DNA from: a virus
DNA length: 64,000 bases
Direction: 5' to 3' (one strand)
IMG/VR virus record: IMGVR_UViG_3300009503_000020
Location: 1 to 64,000 of that record
The translations under genes and the position numbers were made by a program. Under the pieces are notes generated by a model. It saw only the letters and a list, made by a program, of their open reading frames with translations. It made no database searches and had not been told where the DNA came from. Shown here piece by piece: positions 1 to 10,897 of this stretch (position 1 is its first letter; each line of letters starts with the position of its first letter).

Positions 1-2
1 TA

Positions 3-398
3 CAATCCACAATTAAACTCAACGATTGGTTAGTAAACGGCAGAGTTCAACCAGAAAGGACACCCATAAGCTACCCACACGGACATCTTGGCGGATTCCC
101 AACAGTTGCATACCACAGGACAACTAACAGGGTTCAAATTAGTGGCAAATTCACAGTTGCACCCAGAAGTTCAACTGAAAGGGTAAGCCCTACTGAATGC
201 AAATGGTTAAACTATAAATTGCAAGGTGAATTAGTTTGGCAAAATACCACACAGTTAAACTATGAATTGAAAGGTGGAGTAGCCTTTGAGAATACCTCGA
301 AGTTAAACTTTGAGTTGCAAGGACGGTTAGCCTTTAGGAATACTACACAATACAAAACAGTATGGAATACAAGGTATCAACGACGCAGTAAATCGTAA
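3..398 (+). CDS. 3' part of a hypothetical protein (5'-truncated) with three 16-aa repeats
   Basis: Frame 3 is open from the window start to TAA at 396-398. Repeats LNYKLQGELVWQNTTQ / LNYELKGGVAFENTSK / LNFELQGRLAFRNTTQ come from 48-bp units at 206, 254 and 302, with conservative substitutions. Absent from the ORF track because the start is outside the window. Confidence 0.55.
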   Translation, partial: QSTIKLNDWLVNGRVQPERTPISYPHGHLGGFPTVAYHRTTNRVQISGKFTVAPRSSTERVSPTECKWLNYKLQGELVWQNTTQLNYELKGGVAFENTSKLNFELQGRLAFRNTTQYKTVWNTRYQRRSKS

Positions 399-496
399 GT
401 GCAACTGACAAGTGCAACTGACAAGTGCAACTGACAGGGACAACCTAAAAGTGCAACTGTGAAGTGCAACTGCAAAAACAACCCATGAGTGCAACT
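397..496. repeat. Iteron-like direct repeats of AGTGCAACT(G)
   Basis: AAGTGCAACTGAC x3 in tandem (397-409, 410-422, 423-435), AAGTGCAACTG at 449 and 462, and AGTGCAACT at 488. Confidence 0.9.
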
Positions 497-651
497 ACAG
501 TAACACGCACAGTAGCCCGTTCAGGCACACATATAATGTAATGTTCCGTATCCCGTTCCAAGTTTACTCGTTCACAAGTTTACCATTCACATATCATCAT
601 GTATCATGTTCACATCTAAACGATGTGATAAGTTTAAGGAGGTGAAATAAA

Positions 652-774
652 ATGAGGTTTGAATGTGACAAATGTTTGAGTGGTTACTCGTGCCACTACG
701 AAGACATACCCATCGGTTGTCTATCAGTAGTCAAATGCACCAGATGTGGTAGACGGTTAAGAAGAACTGCTTAA
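652..774 (+). CDS. 40-aa zinc-finger microprotein
   Basis: AGGAGGTGA RBS at 637-645. Translation MRFECDKCLSGYSCHYEDIPIGCLSVVKCTRCGRRLRRTA has two CxxC pairs. Below the ORF-track cutoff. Confidence 0.7.
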   Translation: MRFECDKCLSGYSCHYEDIPIGCLSVVKCTRCGRRLRRTA

Positions 775-1009
775 AACACCTGAAGAATCCGTGCAATATA
801 GACAAACAACCCACTTTATTTGGTTGTCAGTGCATAAAGTTAGTAGCATGTGATTAATTCACTCACCTACTCGTTTCTGAGTAGGAACATTTATAAGAAG
901 TCATGACTATATCATGTCACGACGCTCATAGGGTAAGGGTAGGTGGAAAGTGATTCGCTCACTCACCTACACCACCCATCATAGTCATGCCAAAGGAGGT
1001 GAAACGAAT

Positions 1010-1219
1010 ATGAATACGGGACAAGTAGAACGACATGCCCACAGAATCGGGTATGCCCTTTGCCCAAGATGTAGTGAGACATTAGAAGCTCACACAGTAA
1101 CAGAGCTTCTAATGACAGTCGAGGGTGAAGTCATGCTGTCAGTGTATACCGTGTGGGCATGTCGACAGTGTGGATGGCTTAAGAGGGTAATCTTCGAGAA
1201 GGTAATTGATACCTCATAG
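1010..1219 (+). CDS. Zinc-ribbon protein
   Basis: GGAGGTGA RBS precedes ATG 1010, so the start is revised from the track's 950. Motifs CPRC and CRQC. Confidence 0.7.
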   Translation: MNTGQVERHAHRIGYALCPRCSETLEAHTVTELLMTVEGEVMLSVYTVWACRQCGWLKRVIFEKVIDTS

Positions 1220-1260
1220 AAGATTACCCAACATCCACACTTTCATACTTACCTATCACA

Positions 1261-1957
1261 AGAGCCTGATGGCTCTATCACAGTCATCACTTCATGTGGT
1301 GACGCAGTGCAGTGAATTTCGGGTTCATTGCACTGCTACGAGGAACAGGGCATGAAATCCCATAAGTGCCCTGTCTCCGATGAAGCATGCATAGGTCTGG
1401 GTAAGCGGGACCAAAGTGGTGGCTTACCTTAGCCGATGAACCCACCAGCCACGGTAAAGTGGTTCCCCGAGATGGGGCTAAGTGGGTAAAGTGAGCACAT
1501 ATGGTGTGAACCATACGAGGCTCACTGGGGAGGTGAGAGGGAACTCACACAATTCCCGAAGGGAACACCGTCGAGGTTTACCCGAAATAAACCTCAATAG
1601 TGGAGTGGCAACCACACTAACAAAACGAATTGTGTGATTAAAGGGAAGACTTCAGCCCTCTCGAACAGACCTATGACGGGCAAATTGCATAGGAAAATAC
1701 CCGTAGAATGGGAGACCACGGGTCGACGACTAAAGACGCAAGCTCTCTCTGAGGAACATAACGTGCCCACGAAAGTGGGAAGACGAACTAACTCGGAGAG
1801 ACAATGCAACCTGAAGTCGTCAAGCCAAATCGTATTGGCAACGGGGTTCTTAACCATACTCTACAGTTCCAGCACTCCGAACCAAAAACACCACAGAGCG
1901 AAAGACACCTCTGCCCCGTTAGAGGTGATGAGGAGTGGTCTGCCTGTAGAGTTTTTT
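1261..1957 (+). ncRNA. Candidate large structured non-coding RNA (class not identified)
   Basis: More than 20 stems, including long-range perfect helices 1390-1399/1666-1675, 1545-1555/1627-1637, 1725-1731/1815-1821 and 1858-1866/1944-1952. GNRA loops (GTGA 1506, GAAA 1771) and G-U wobbles favour the + strand. Sampled 60-nt lines are 52-57% GC versus ~38% in a sampled coding line. Ends at a T6 tract. Confidence 0.8.
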
Positions 1958-1960
1958 CTG
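1952..1960 (+). terminator. Oligo-T tract closing the structured RNA
   Basis: TTTTTTCTG directly after the last helix; archaeal terminators are T-rich. Confidence 0.45.
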
Positions 1961-2024
1961 TATTCACACTTATCATATTACACCTTAGCGTCCTGGGACG
2001 CTAGGGTTCATAGGTATAGGAGGG

Positions 2025-2315
2025 ATGTGTATGGAATATAAAGGAAAGTATAGTAGAGGATGGAAACCTGTTCCTGATACCTATTGGATGTGTGAAGGTA
2101 TCTCTAAGGATGGAATATCCTTAGAGTATCTGGGAGTCATAAAGGTATCAGGAAAGGAAGTCTCGAGGGAAATGGATGAACACCAGAGTATCAAAGACTA
2201 CATGCCTTACAAGATAGCTAAACGAGTAGCTAAGGAACATTTCCCTCAAGTCAATCCTATTATAGTAACTCAAATAGGGAGGGATGTGTATGATAGGAAG
2301 AATAGAAAACCTTAG
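2025..2315 (+). CDS. Hypothetical protein
   Basis: GGAGG RBS; overlaps the next ORF. Confidence 0.55.
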   Translation: MCMEYKGKYSRGWKPVPDTYWMCEGISKDGISLEYLGVIKVSGKEVSREMDEHQSIKDYMPYKIAKRVAKEHFPQVNPIIVTQIGRDVYDRKNRKP

Positions 2316-2820
2316 GAAGATACGAGTCAGCGACATAGCATTTGCATACACACATCAGACAAGACTTGAGCCAGACAGACCTATGGTAGTCAATAGATTT
2401 CCAGAGGCAGACAGACTACACGAAGAGTACAGTAAGATTAATGGAACAATGAAGCCTGAGGACTTAGATGCAAGTCTAAGATATCTGAGTAGGTTCACTG
2501 GAAACATTCTCATCGTAGGAAGACCAGATGGCATCAGAGTAAGTAATGACACAGTAAGTCTAGTAGAGTTCAAGACAGTATGGGGTGAAGAACCTCACAT
2601 AGATACAATCAGACTAGGAATACTTCAAGTGCAATTGTATGCATGGCTGATAGAACCACACCTAAGAAGACTAGGATTCAAGCTCAGTGATGTGCATTAT
2701 GTAGAGATAATCAACAGACAGAATGGAGAACTAGTAGCAAGCATAAGAGTACCAACACTACCTAATCCTGAAGAACTCATTTGGCAGACAGTATATAACT
2801 TTCTGGATAAGGAGGAATAG
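2284..2820 (+). CDS. PD-(D/E)XK nuclease, Cas4/RecB-like
   Basis: IVGRPDG...LVEFKT...QVQLYAWL match PD-(D/E)XK motifs II/III and the QxxxY motif. Confidence 0.75.
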   Translation: MCMIGRIENLRKIRVSDIAFAYTHQTRLEPDRPMVVNRFPEADRLHEEYSKINGTMKPEDLDASLRYLSRFTGNILIVGRPDGIRVSNDTVSLVEFKTVWGEEPHIDTIRLGILQVQLYAWLIEPHLRRLGFKLSDVHYVEIINRQNGELVASIRVPTLPNPEELIWQTVYNFLDKEE

Positions 2821-2822
2821 AT

Positions 2823-3371
2823 ATGGATAGTGAAGAAGAAGGAGAACGAGAGATAGCACTTTACAGGTATAAGAACATTCCACTGTCTCTAAGACTACAC
2901 GATGGCAAGTGGTATGAAGGTTACTGTGGGATGAGACACAATGGCTTACGAGTGACTGAAGCTAAGATTATACTAGGTACTAAAGACATACCATCTCAAG
3001 ACCATCTGTTAGTTATCTTCCTACATGAACTAGGACATCTCGAAGACAAGCTACTTTTCAAGCCAGAGGACTTTGCTAAGGAAGAAGAGATGAAGTTCCT
3101 CTTCAAGCTCTTTGGTTTCTCTGAGGAGTATATTGAGTACAGATTCAAGCAGGAGATAAGTGCATGGAAGAGAGCTCTTGTCTGGTGTGTTCAGTTTGGC
3201 ATATCTTTGCAAGCATTCCTTGAAGCACTGTGTATCTGCATAAGTCCACTGAGCAAGTCACTACTGCTCAAGTTCCTTGATATGTTTAGGAAAGAGTTAG
3301 ACAGTATTCAACAAGAAGGAGGTCTGAAAAATGGAACAGAAGAAAAGAGAGAAGACGATATTCATCAATGA
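2823..3371 (+). CDS. HExxH zincin-like putative metallopeptidase
   Basis: FLHELGH followed by a downstream E (QEISAW). Confidence 0.55.
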   Translation: MDSEEEGEREIALYRYKNIPLSLRLHDGKWYEGYCGMRHNGLRVTEAKIILGTKDIPSQDHLLVIFLHELGHLEDKLLFKPEDFAKEEEMKFLFKLFGFSEEYIEYRFKQEISAWKRALVWCVQFGISLQAFLEALCICISPLSKSLLLKFLDMFRKELDSIQQEGGLKNGTEEKREDDIHQ

Positions 3372-6300
3372 CATACCTTTTCTATACCCAGAACACAATG
3401 TAGCAAGACAACTACAGATAGAAGTATGGCTTAACCCAGACATGATAGACTTAGGAGAACAGAAGCAGGTGAAGAGAGATGACCCTACTAAATACTACAT
3501 ATGCTAATGAGATGACAGTCCAAATAGGACGGATAAAAATAAAAAGAAAAGGAGGTAGAAAGAAATGAAGTGTCCTAACTGTGAATATCCGAGACTTAGA
3601 TACAATCTGAAAGTGCAGAGTGGAAAGAAACGAACAGACTTCAGTGCTGAATGTCCTAAATGTAAATGGACAGGAGAGATAGGAAATGAAAAAGAATAAG
3701 AATCCAAAGATAAAGAGATGCCACAGATGTGGAGGACTAATGGTGCAGTCTGACACAGAATGGGTCTGCTTAGGCAAGTGCAAACTACGAGAACCAAGAT
3801 TCCTCAAACCAGAGACACCATTCCTCTTCTTAAACATCAAAGCTAAGGATGAGAAGACACAGAAGTTTCTCGAAGACATAATGCAGAGACCAGAGACTGA
3901 AGTATTCAAAGACATCAAAGAGGATGGGACTGTGTTTGTCAAAGAGAGACTACCAGATGGTAGTGTAAGGATCCTTGATGTGACAACTATTCAGAAACTA
4001 TGTGACAAGATGGCTAGGGAGATAAGAGAACAATGAGATTAAAGAAATACTTGAGAGTTATCTGTTTCGGTGAACTAGCTTTTACATCTCTAATGTGGAT
4101 ATTAGTCTTCAGTGCATATCCAATAATTGAACCTAATGCCATCATAAGGAAAATAGAACAGATATTCTTTGTGGTCTTAGGAACAATTAGCCTCTACTTA
4201 GCATGGGATGAAGTAGTAAACGAAGAGTGATAATCGACAAGAGGAGAGTGGAAGACATGGAGAATGAAACAGACATTATCAACGAGAAGAACCAGAAGGT
4301 CTGTAAGTGTGGAAACAAGACATGGCTAGCTTACTTCAGTGGAATCCACTACACACTAGTTCTCAAATGCCCTAAATGCAATGCTACAGTGGAGTATGAA
4401 ATACTGGATTGGTAAGAGAGGTGAGAATAATGACAAATGAGGATGAGTTAGAGAAGATAAGCAAGACTCTTGAAGACATTCTATATCTTGTAAAGAGAGA
4501 CATTCTAGAATGCTGGAAGAAGAAGTTAAACAATGAAGAGCCTGATGTCACTTGTGAGGACTGTGACTATTCTCCAATTTGTGACCAATTCTTAAAGTGA
4601 AGATGCAAAGAGATGATGTGACATGTTATGGGCTTTCGGTCTTTATAAAAAGCCAATATACAAAGTCTATGACTGCTTAGTACGCTATAACCTTCCATGT
4701 ATTATCCAAGACTTGTTTGATGTCATTATTGACAACAACCTTCTCATTGAAGTTCTTTGGGACTTGAGAGATAGAGTCATAGAGCATATCAAATGGATTA
4801 TACATGGGAGAGTGGAAGACTAATGAAGAGAGTTAACAGAATCAAAAGACAAGTCTTGAAGAGAAAGATGACAGGAGTAATTAGATAGGAGGGAAGTGTA
4901 TGACAAAGAAACCACAGAAGTGTAAAAACATAGACGGTTGTGCAGGACTCTGTGAGAGTTGTGAACAATATCTTTCAGAGACTGAACTTCAGAGTAGAAG
5001 TAGAGGAAACTAAGATGAACAGGAAGAAAAAGTTAAAAGTCATAGCTACATTTCTTCTAATGCATGGTGGTGTATTGTTATACTGTGCTGCACCTTATGC
5101 TACAAAACCTCTCTATATTTTCCTAGTGCAACTAGCAGGACTAGGTGTAACAGTATTAGGATTCTTTACCTTCTTCAAGCAACTCTCATCTGACTGAAGG
5201 GAATTATATGACACCTGAAGATATATTTCGTGAGACATTTGCTAAGTACTGGAGTCAGATGATGGGTCAAGCATTTGCTATCATCTTCCTGATACTGTTG
5301 TTACTGATGGCCTTAGCAGGAATAGAGTTCTGGATTAAGTGGAATGAGACTAAGTTAAGATAGGAGGGTAGTCTCTTGAACAAAGACTTTACTCAGTGGT
5401 TAATGGAATTGCTTAACAAACTACAACCACAGCGTGTCTATGTAAATGCAGATGAACCTATTGTAGGCTATGTCTGGAATAACAGGAAGAAGTACCTGTA
5501 CTTCATATCTCAGAGAGAAGCAAACAAGCTTGATAGGCAACACATTGTCTGGAAACCTTTAGGAGAAGACTGGAAGTAAGAGGAGGGATAGAGATGAAGA
5601 AACAACACCCAATGATAGATGCACATTGGTATGGTATGGTAGAAGGAAGTGTTGAGACGATTGCTTCAATGGCTACTGCAATAGCTATTGTAGAACATAA
5701 CATATACCTTGTCCCTATTGCAATATTAGGTTACATTGCAGGCTTCTATATGCATAGAAAGTTTCAGAAGCTATTCAGGGAAGTGTAGAGTATGAGAATA
5801 GCAGTTGTGATTGATGCCTCTGCTTCTATAGTAGCTTTCTTGAGACTATATACTTTAGCTGAAGACCTGACAGAGATATTCTATCCACTGTCTATTGGAA
5901 TGGACATCCAGAAATTGAATGCACTAACTAAGAAGTATGATCAGGTCTACTTCTTCACTGATGGCTTGTTCCCTAAGGACGATGCTGAACTGATGATGAA
6001 CATAATCTCTAACAAGATAAAAATAATTAAGGTAGGAGGGTGGTAAGATGAACTGGAGAGCTGTTTCAGCTATAGGTGTAGATATCTGGCTAGCAACCTT
6101 CTTAATCTTGACAGAGACAGGACATGCAGGATCATTCTCCTGGTGGGTATCTCTGTTTGAGTTTGGAGTCAATGCAATAATGTGCTTTATAGCTGAAGAT
6201 AAGAAGGAGTAATACTATGTCAGACTATGATTGGATGGAACCAAAGACAGAGGAAGATGCAGTCAAGCAAGCAATTAAACGTATAGATAGACTGAACAAG

Positions 6301-7925
6301 CCAGGTCTCCTTAATGACCTATTCAAGATGTCAAAGGAATGCCACAAAGCATTAGAGACTGGTGAAGGAGATCCTAGTGAACATCTACCCATGTCCTTTG
6401 TAAGATATGAAGGCTCAGGGCCAGAAGATCCACAAGAGTGCTTCCATATCTGTAGGAAATGTATCTCTAAATACCTAATGGAACATCCAGAAACTATAGA
6501 CAAGATTACTGTCCTGAGAGGAGATGTCACTGAAGAGTGTAAGATGTTCTTTGCTAAGAGGGCTGAAGAGAATGCTAGAAAGAATGCTACTCAGGACAAG
6601 ACCTAGATTCATCTGGATATACTTCAACTGGGGTCAGTTCTGCAGGGACAAGAGAATAGTCCTAGAAGTATTCATACAGGTAAAGAGACACATCAGAGGA
6701 TTTACTGTGGGTTGGTCAAATGAAGAGGGACTTATGCTCAAGCTATAGAAGGAATGAGAGTATGAACAACACTAGAAGATATGTCCTAGAAATAAGAGAG
6801 AAGTTTCAGAAGCTTAAGGAACAAAGCAAAACATGTGAAGCTTGTCTCTGGGAACGTGCATTAGGTTCCTTACCTTTCTGTCAACTCCACCTTGAAGCAC
6901 TTCTTTGGGAACTACACTTATTGGCTAAAGAAGACCAAGTATCCTTTGTCAAAGCAAGTTTGAAACTGAAAGACATGCTTGAAGAACTAGCAATTGTTTT
7001 ACTTGACAAGAGATTCATTTATGTAGAGAGAGATGAGAACAAGTTTAAAAGATGGGAGGAATCCTGGAGGAAAGTATATGAAAGTAGGAGTTAAGAAAGC
7101 AAGTGATGCATGGTATGAGGAAATTAGAGAATTCAAGACAACCAGGGATTTCTTTAATTGGTTAAAGAAGACTTACACAAGATGGATTCTGTTCTTCAAA
7201 GAAGATGAAGACTTCAAAGGATACCACTTTGAGAACTGTGATCTGATAGCTATGATCTATGATGACTATATAGAATGATTGAGGGAGAATTATGAATATA
7301 AATGAGAAGGTCTACAGAAGGAAATCACCAGAAGCACTAGCCTTAGAGAATACTGTTGCTAGATACATCTTGTTTCTAGACAAAAACTTAGAAGCCACTG
7401 CTGAACGTGAACTCACTCAAAGCTTCATAGACTTAGAATTAGAAAAGAAGGCACAAGAGTTAGCATATGTCGAAGATAGAGACATGAAGATGAAAGGCTA
7501 TGTCTCCTGAAAAGCCTAAGGCTAAAACATATTATGTGAGGCTAAGTGTTCTAGAGAAGATAGTACCTGGTGGTATGATAGCTCACTGGGCACATTGGCA
7601 ACTATATCAAGTAAATGATGACCTTCACTGGGGTCTTCACTACAGGTTAGCAGACTTAGGTACTCCATGCAAGAGTAACCTACACAAAGTCCTCAAAGGA
7701 CTACTGCATGACTGGGATTGGAAGAGAGAAGGAGATATAGAAGTAACAGAGGAACAAGCTAAGTATCTAAAGATAATGATGGAGAACCAGAAGGACTACA
7801 AGTACTGGAAACAGGCTCTGGATATTCTAAAGATTAAAGGTAAAGAAGAAGGCTGGAAGTGGATAGTTGAGAACACTCCACTGCTTAAACTAAGAAATGA
7901 ACTGAAGGTGAATACTGATGTGTGA
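3372..7925 (+). other. Cluster of about 20 small hypothetical ORFs (zinc ribbons and small membrane proteins)
   Basis: Tightly packed + strand ORFs with GGAGG-type RBSs and stop/start overlaps, e.g. 3686-4036 (CHRC..CLGKC), 4033-4230 (hydrophobic), 4227-4415 and 6217-6606. Confidence 0.7.
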
Positions 7926-8867
7926 GAAGATTAAGGAACTATACTTGTGGGATAACTTCCAGCCACTCCCAGTAGGAACTAAGGTTAAGTTCATTAAGAA
8001 CCTGTGCCGTCCTATATTCAAAGGACAACCATGGTATGAAAGTAGAGAAGCACTTTTAGGAGCAACAGGGATAATAACAGAGGTACTTGAAAAGAAGAAC
8101 CTTGAGGATGTGTCTACTGCTGACTACTTCTACAGGAGACCTAACAAGTACTTCTACCTAATAGAGTTCCCAACTAAAAGAAACTGGACATTCTTCTGCA
8201 TACGGGAGGAACTTGAAGTTGTCAGCTAAAGAACTCTGGAGTAAGATATTACCACCTAAACCAGGAGATAAGGTAAAGATAATCTCTGCTAGTCTCTATG
8301 AAGAGGGTAAGTTCACGAAGTTCATCATAGGTAAGACAGGAGTAGTAGTTGAAGTAATAGCTGATGAATACTTTGTCAAGATACAGAGAGGCAAAACAAA
8401 AATCATAGTACACCTAAAGAGGAGTGATATACTCTATGAATAAAGTAAAACTAATATTAGCTATAGTACTGTGGATAGAATTCATAGCATTCAATATTAT
8501 ATTCATGATGTGTCTGCCTATGCAATTGCAAGTAGCACTCCTGATATGGACAATACTGGTTAGCATATGTGCAGGTTATTTTGCTTACTCAGAACACTTG
8601 AGGAGAGAATAGACTATGAAAGAGGAAGAGATATGGAACAGAATACTTCTATGTCTTGAGGTAGGAGACATTGTCAGATTCAAAAATGGTAAGGTCAATT
8701 GGGAGGTATTTGCTATAAGTAACTTTAATGGTAAACAACAGATCAAGTTGAGGAGACTCAGGAATTCTAAGTTTGGATGGCGTAGGTACTACATATACAA
8801 ATGGATAACTCAGGGGTCTTCTGCATACTATAAACTAAGGATAGTGAAACCACATGAAAGTCCCTAA
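7918..8867 (+). CDS. Three KOW/SH3-like beta-barrel miniproteins (7918-8229, 8213-8443, 8616-8867)
   Basis: PVGTKVKF..GATGIITEV, KPGDKVKI..GKTGVVVEV and EVGDIVRF resemble the KOW G-D-x-V-x-I pattern. Confidence 0.45.
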
Positions 8868-9053
8868 GAACTTAACTGAGGAAGAGAGGAAGGTCTTCAT
8901 CATGAACACTATCCTATATGGAAGATATTGTTTTGGAGACTGGAACTGTTTGACTGATGGTTGGAGATGGAGTAATATAGCTAATGGTAAAGATGAGTGG
9001 GAGAAGTGTCCATATCGTGATGCATGTAGAGCAGAACACCACAGGAGGGATAA

Positions 9054-9356
9054 GTGATGACATCTAGAAAAGAAATAGAAGTATGGAAGAAGCTACTAGG
9101 AACTAAGATAAACTCTTTCACACATAGAGGACATCAATACACTGTATTCTTTGGAGAGAATGGTTGGGAATGTGAGTGCATGGACTGGAAGGTACGTAAG
9201 GGTTCACACACATATCTATTCAATGACAATGGAGAACTGAAACAACTCCAGGCATGCAAGCATATTGCTCAAGCTATAGCTAATTCAGGTATAGAGATAT
9301 GGGAAGTGTTTGGCTTTGGTCAGAAAGTCAAGATCCAACCACAGACAAGTACTTAA
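9054..9356 (+). CDS. SWIM zinc-finger protein
   Basis: WECECMDW...ACKHIAQA fits CxC-xn-CxH. Confidence 0.75.
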   Translation: MMTSRKEIEVWKKLLGTKINSFTHRGHQYTVFFGENGWECECMDWKVRKGSHTYLFNDNGELKQLQACKHIAQAIANSGIEIWEVFGFGQKVKIQPQTST

Positions 9357-9764
9357 CAGAAAAGAGCAAGAGATGCTAATCAAGACACTCTGTCCTTGCT
9401 TTGGAGAATTCAGGTGTGGAAATACAGAACACACTGCATACGGAGATCCTAAGGAATGTCCAGTAGCAAAGAAGTGCCTTGACAAGTTCTTTAGAAACCT
9501 GTACCGTGGACAGAGCAAGACAGCAAAAGAAGTGCTGAGTGCTCTAAAGGAACAGATCTTAACAGATCTGAAACTCAAATAGGAGAGAATATTTCATGTC
9601 ACAGTCATCCCTCAATGGGAAGACCCTTCTCCCTGGGTGGTTAAAGGGAATTGGTGAGAGTATGAATAAGACATACTCGTTTGAAGTAAGAGAGCTATGG
9701 CACTCAGAGGGAAACCTCTATATCGCTGTGCCAAATATAAAATAAAAAAGGAGAGTGAGGAAAT

Positions 9765-10889
9765 ATGGTTGGAAAAGCTGAACAAGTTTCAGTAGCAGTA
9801 CAGGTCAAACATGACCAACTGAAAGAACTAGTCAAGCTATACTATAAAGCTAAGAAAGCTCTATTCGTATGGGGAGCAACTGGTGTAGGTAAATCACAAG
9901 TAGTCAGACAAGCAGCTATGGAATTAGCTCAAGAGTTAGGTCTTGAGTATACAGAAGATGTCAAACACCTCAACGATGAGAAGTACTTTGTAGTGATAGA
10001 CATACGACTCTCTCAGTCCGACCCGAGCGACTTACGAGGTATACCAATATACGATAAAGAACACATGGCTACTGTGTGGTTGCCACCTGAACTATTCCCA
10101 CGAAAAGGCTGTGGAATCATATTCTTTGATGAGTTGAATCTGTCTCCACCATTAGTACAAGCTAGTGCATACCAATTGATACTAGACAGACGATTAGGAA
10201 CTTATGTTGTTCCTGATGGCTACCTATTAGTAGCAGCAGGAAACAGACTAGAAGATAGAGCAGCTGTCTTTGAAATGAGTGGTCCTCTTAAGAACAGATT
10301 TGGTCACTGTGAACTAATGATACCATCAGTAGAGGACTGGACTAACTGGGCAGTGAAACATGGAATAGACATGAGGATAATCGGTTTCCTTAACTTCAAG
10401 AGAATGGCAATCTTTGGCTTTGACCCTAAGCTAAAGGAAAATGCATTCCCAACTCCTAGGTCATGGGAACACCTATCTAACCTAATTAAAGACATCAAGA
10501 GTGACCAGCTAGACTTGATACAGGAAATAGCAGCAACTCAGATAGGTGTAGGGACTGCAGGAGAATTTGCTACATTTATTAGAATCAAAGACAGACTTAA
10601 GCCAATGAAATACTACTTAGAAGACCCTGATAGCTGTGAACTACCAGATGAGAATACACAGCCAGATCTTGTATGGGCACTCATAACTAGCTTAGCAGAA
10701 TACTACAGAGACCACTCGGATTCAGCAACACTTGAGAAGATAATTGGAGTACTTAGAAGGATGAATGAAGAGTATGCTGTATTCACTCTGAAACTAATGG
10801 TCAGTGTAGACAAAGCATTGACACAGAAGATAATAAAGATAAAGGCTGCAAGTCAACTTGCTCGGAGGCTAATAGATTTCTTCAATTAA
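9765..10889 (+). CDS. MoxR-like AAA+ ATPase
   Basis: Walker A GATGVGKS, Walker B IIFFDELN, AAGNR sensor, LKNRF arginine finger, FPTPRSW. Confidence 0.9.
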   Translation: MVGKAEQVSVAVQVKHDQLKELVKLYYKAKKALFVWGATGVGKSQVVRQAAMELAQELGLEYTEDVKHLNDEKYFVVIDIRLSQSDPSDLRGIPIYDKEHMATVWLPPELFPRKGCGIIFFDELNLSPPLVQASAYQLILDRRLGTYVVPDGYLLVAAGNRLEDRAAVFEMSGPLKNRFGHCELMIPSVEDWTNWAVKHGIDMRIIGFLNFKRMAIFGFDPKLKENAFPTPRSWEHLSNLIKDIKSDQLDLIQEIAATQIGVGTAGEFATFIRIKDRLKPMKYYLEDPDSCELPDENTQPDLVWALITSLAEYYRDHSDSATLEKIIGVLRRMNEEYAVFTLKLMVSVDKALTQKIIKIKAASQLARRLIDFFN

Positions 10890-10897
10890 GAAGAAAG

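Noticed and set aside
397-496. CRISPR or mini-CRISPR array
   Set aside because: The repeats are 9-13 bp and largely abutting, without unique spacers.
1682-1821. Group I intron-like words (AAATTGCATAGGAA; GGTCGACGACTAAA) and RNase P-like GAGGAA
   Set aside because: The order and spacing of helices do not fit P3-P7-P8 or the RNase P P4 pseudoknot, and no interrupted host gene is seen. Needs cmscan to exclude fully.
1287-2041. Track ORFs 1287-1514(-), 1594-1857(-), 1634-2041(+), 1788-1976(-) and 1804-2004(+)
   Set aside because: No RBS or motifs, they overlap in conflicting frames, and they fall in the GC-rich paired region, which is better explained as RNA.
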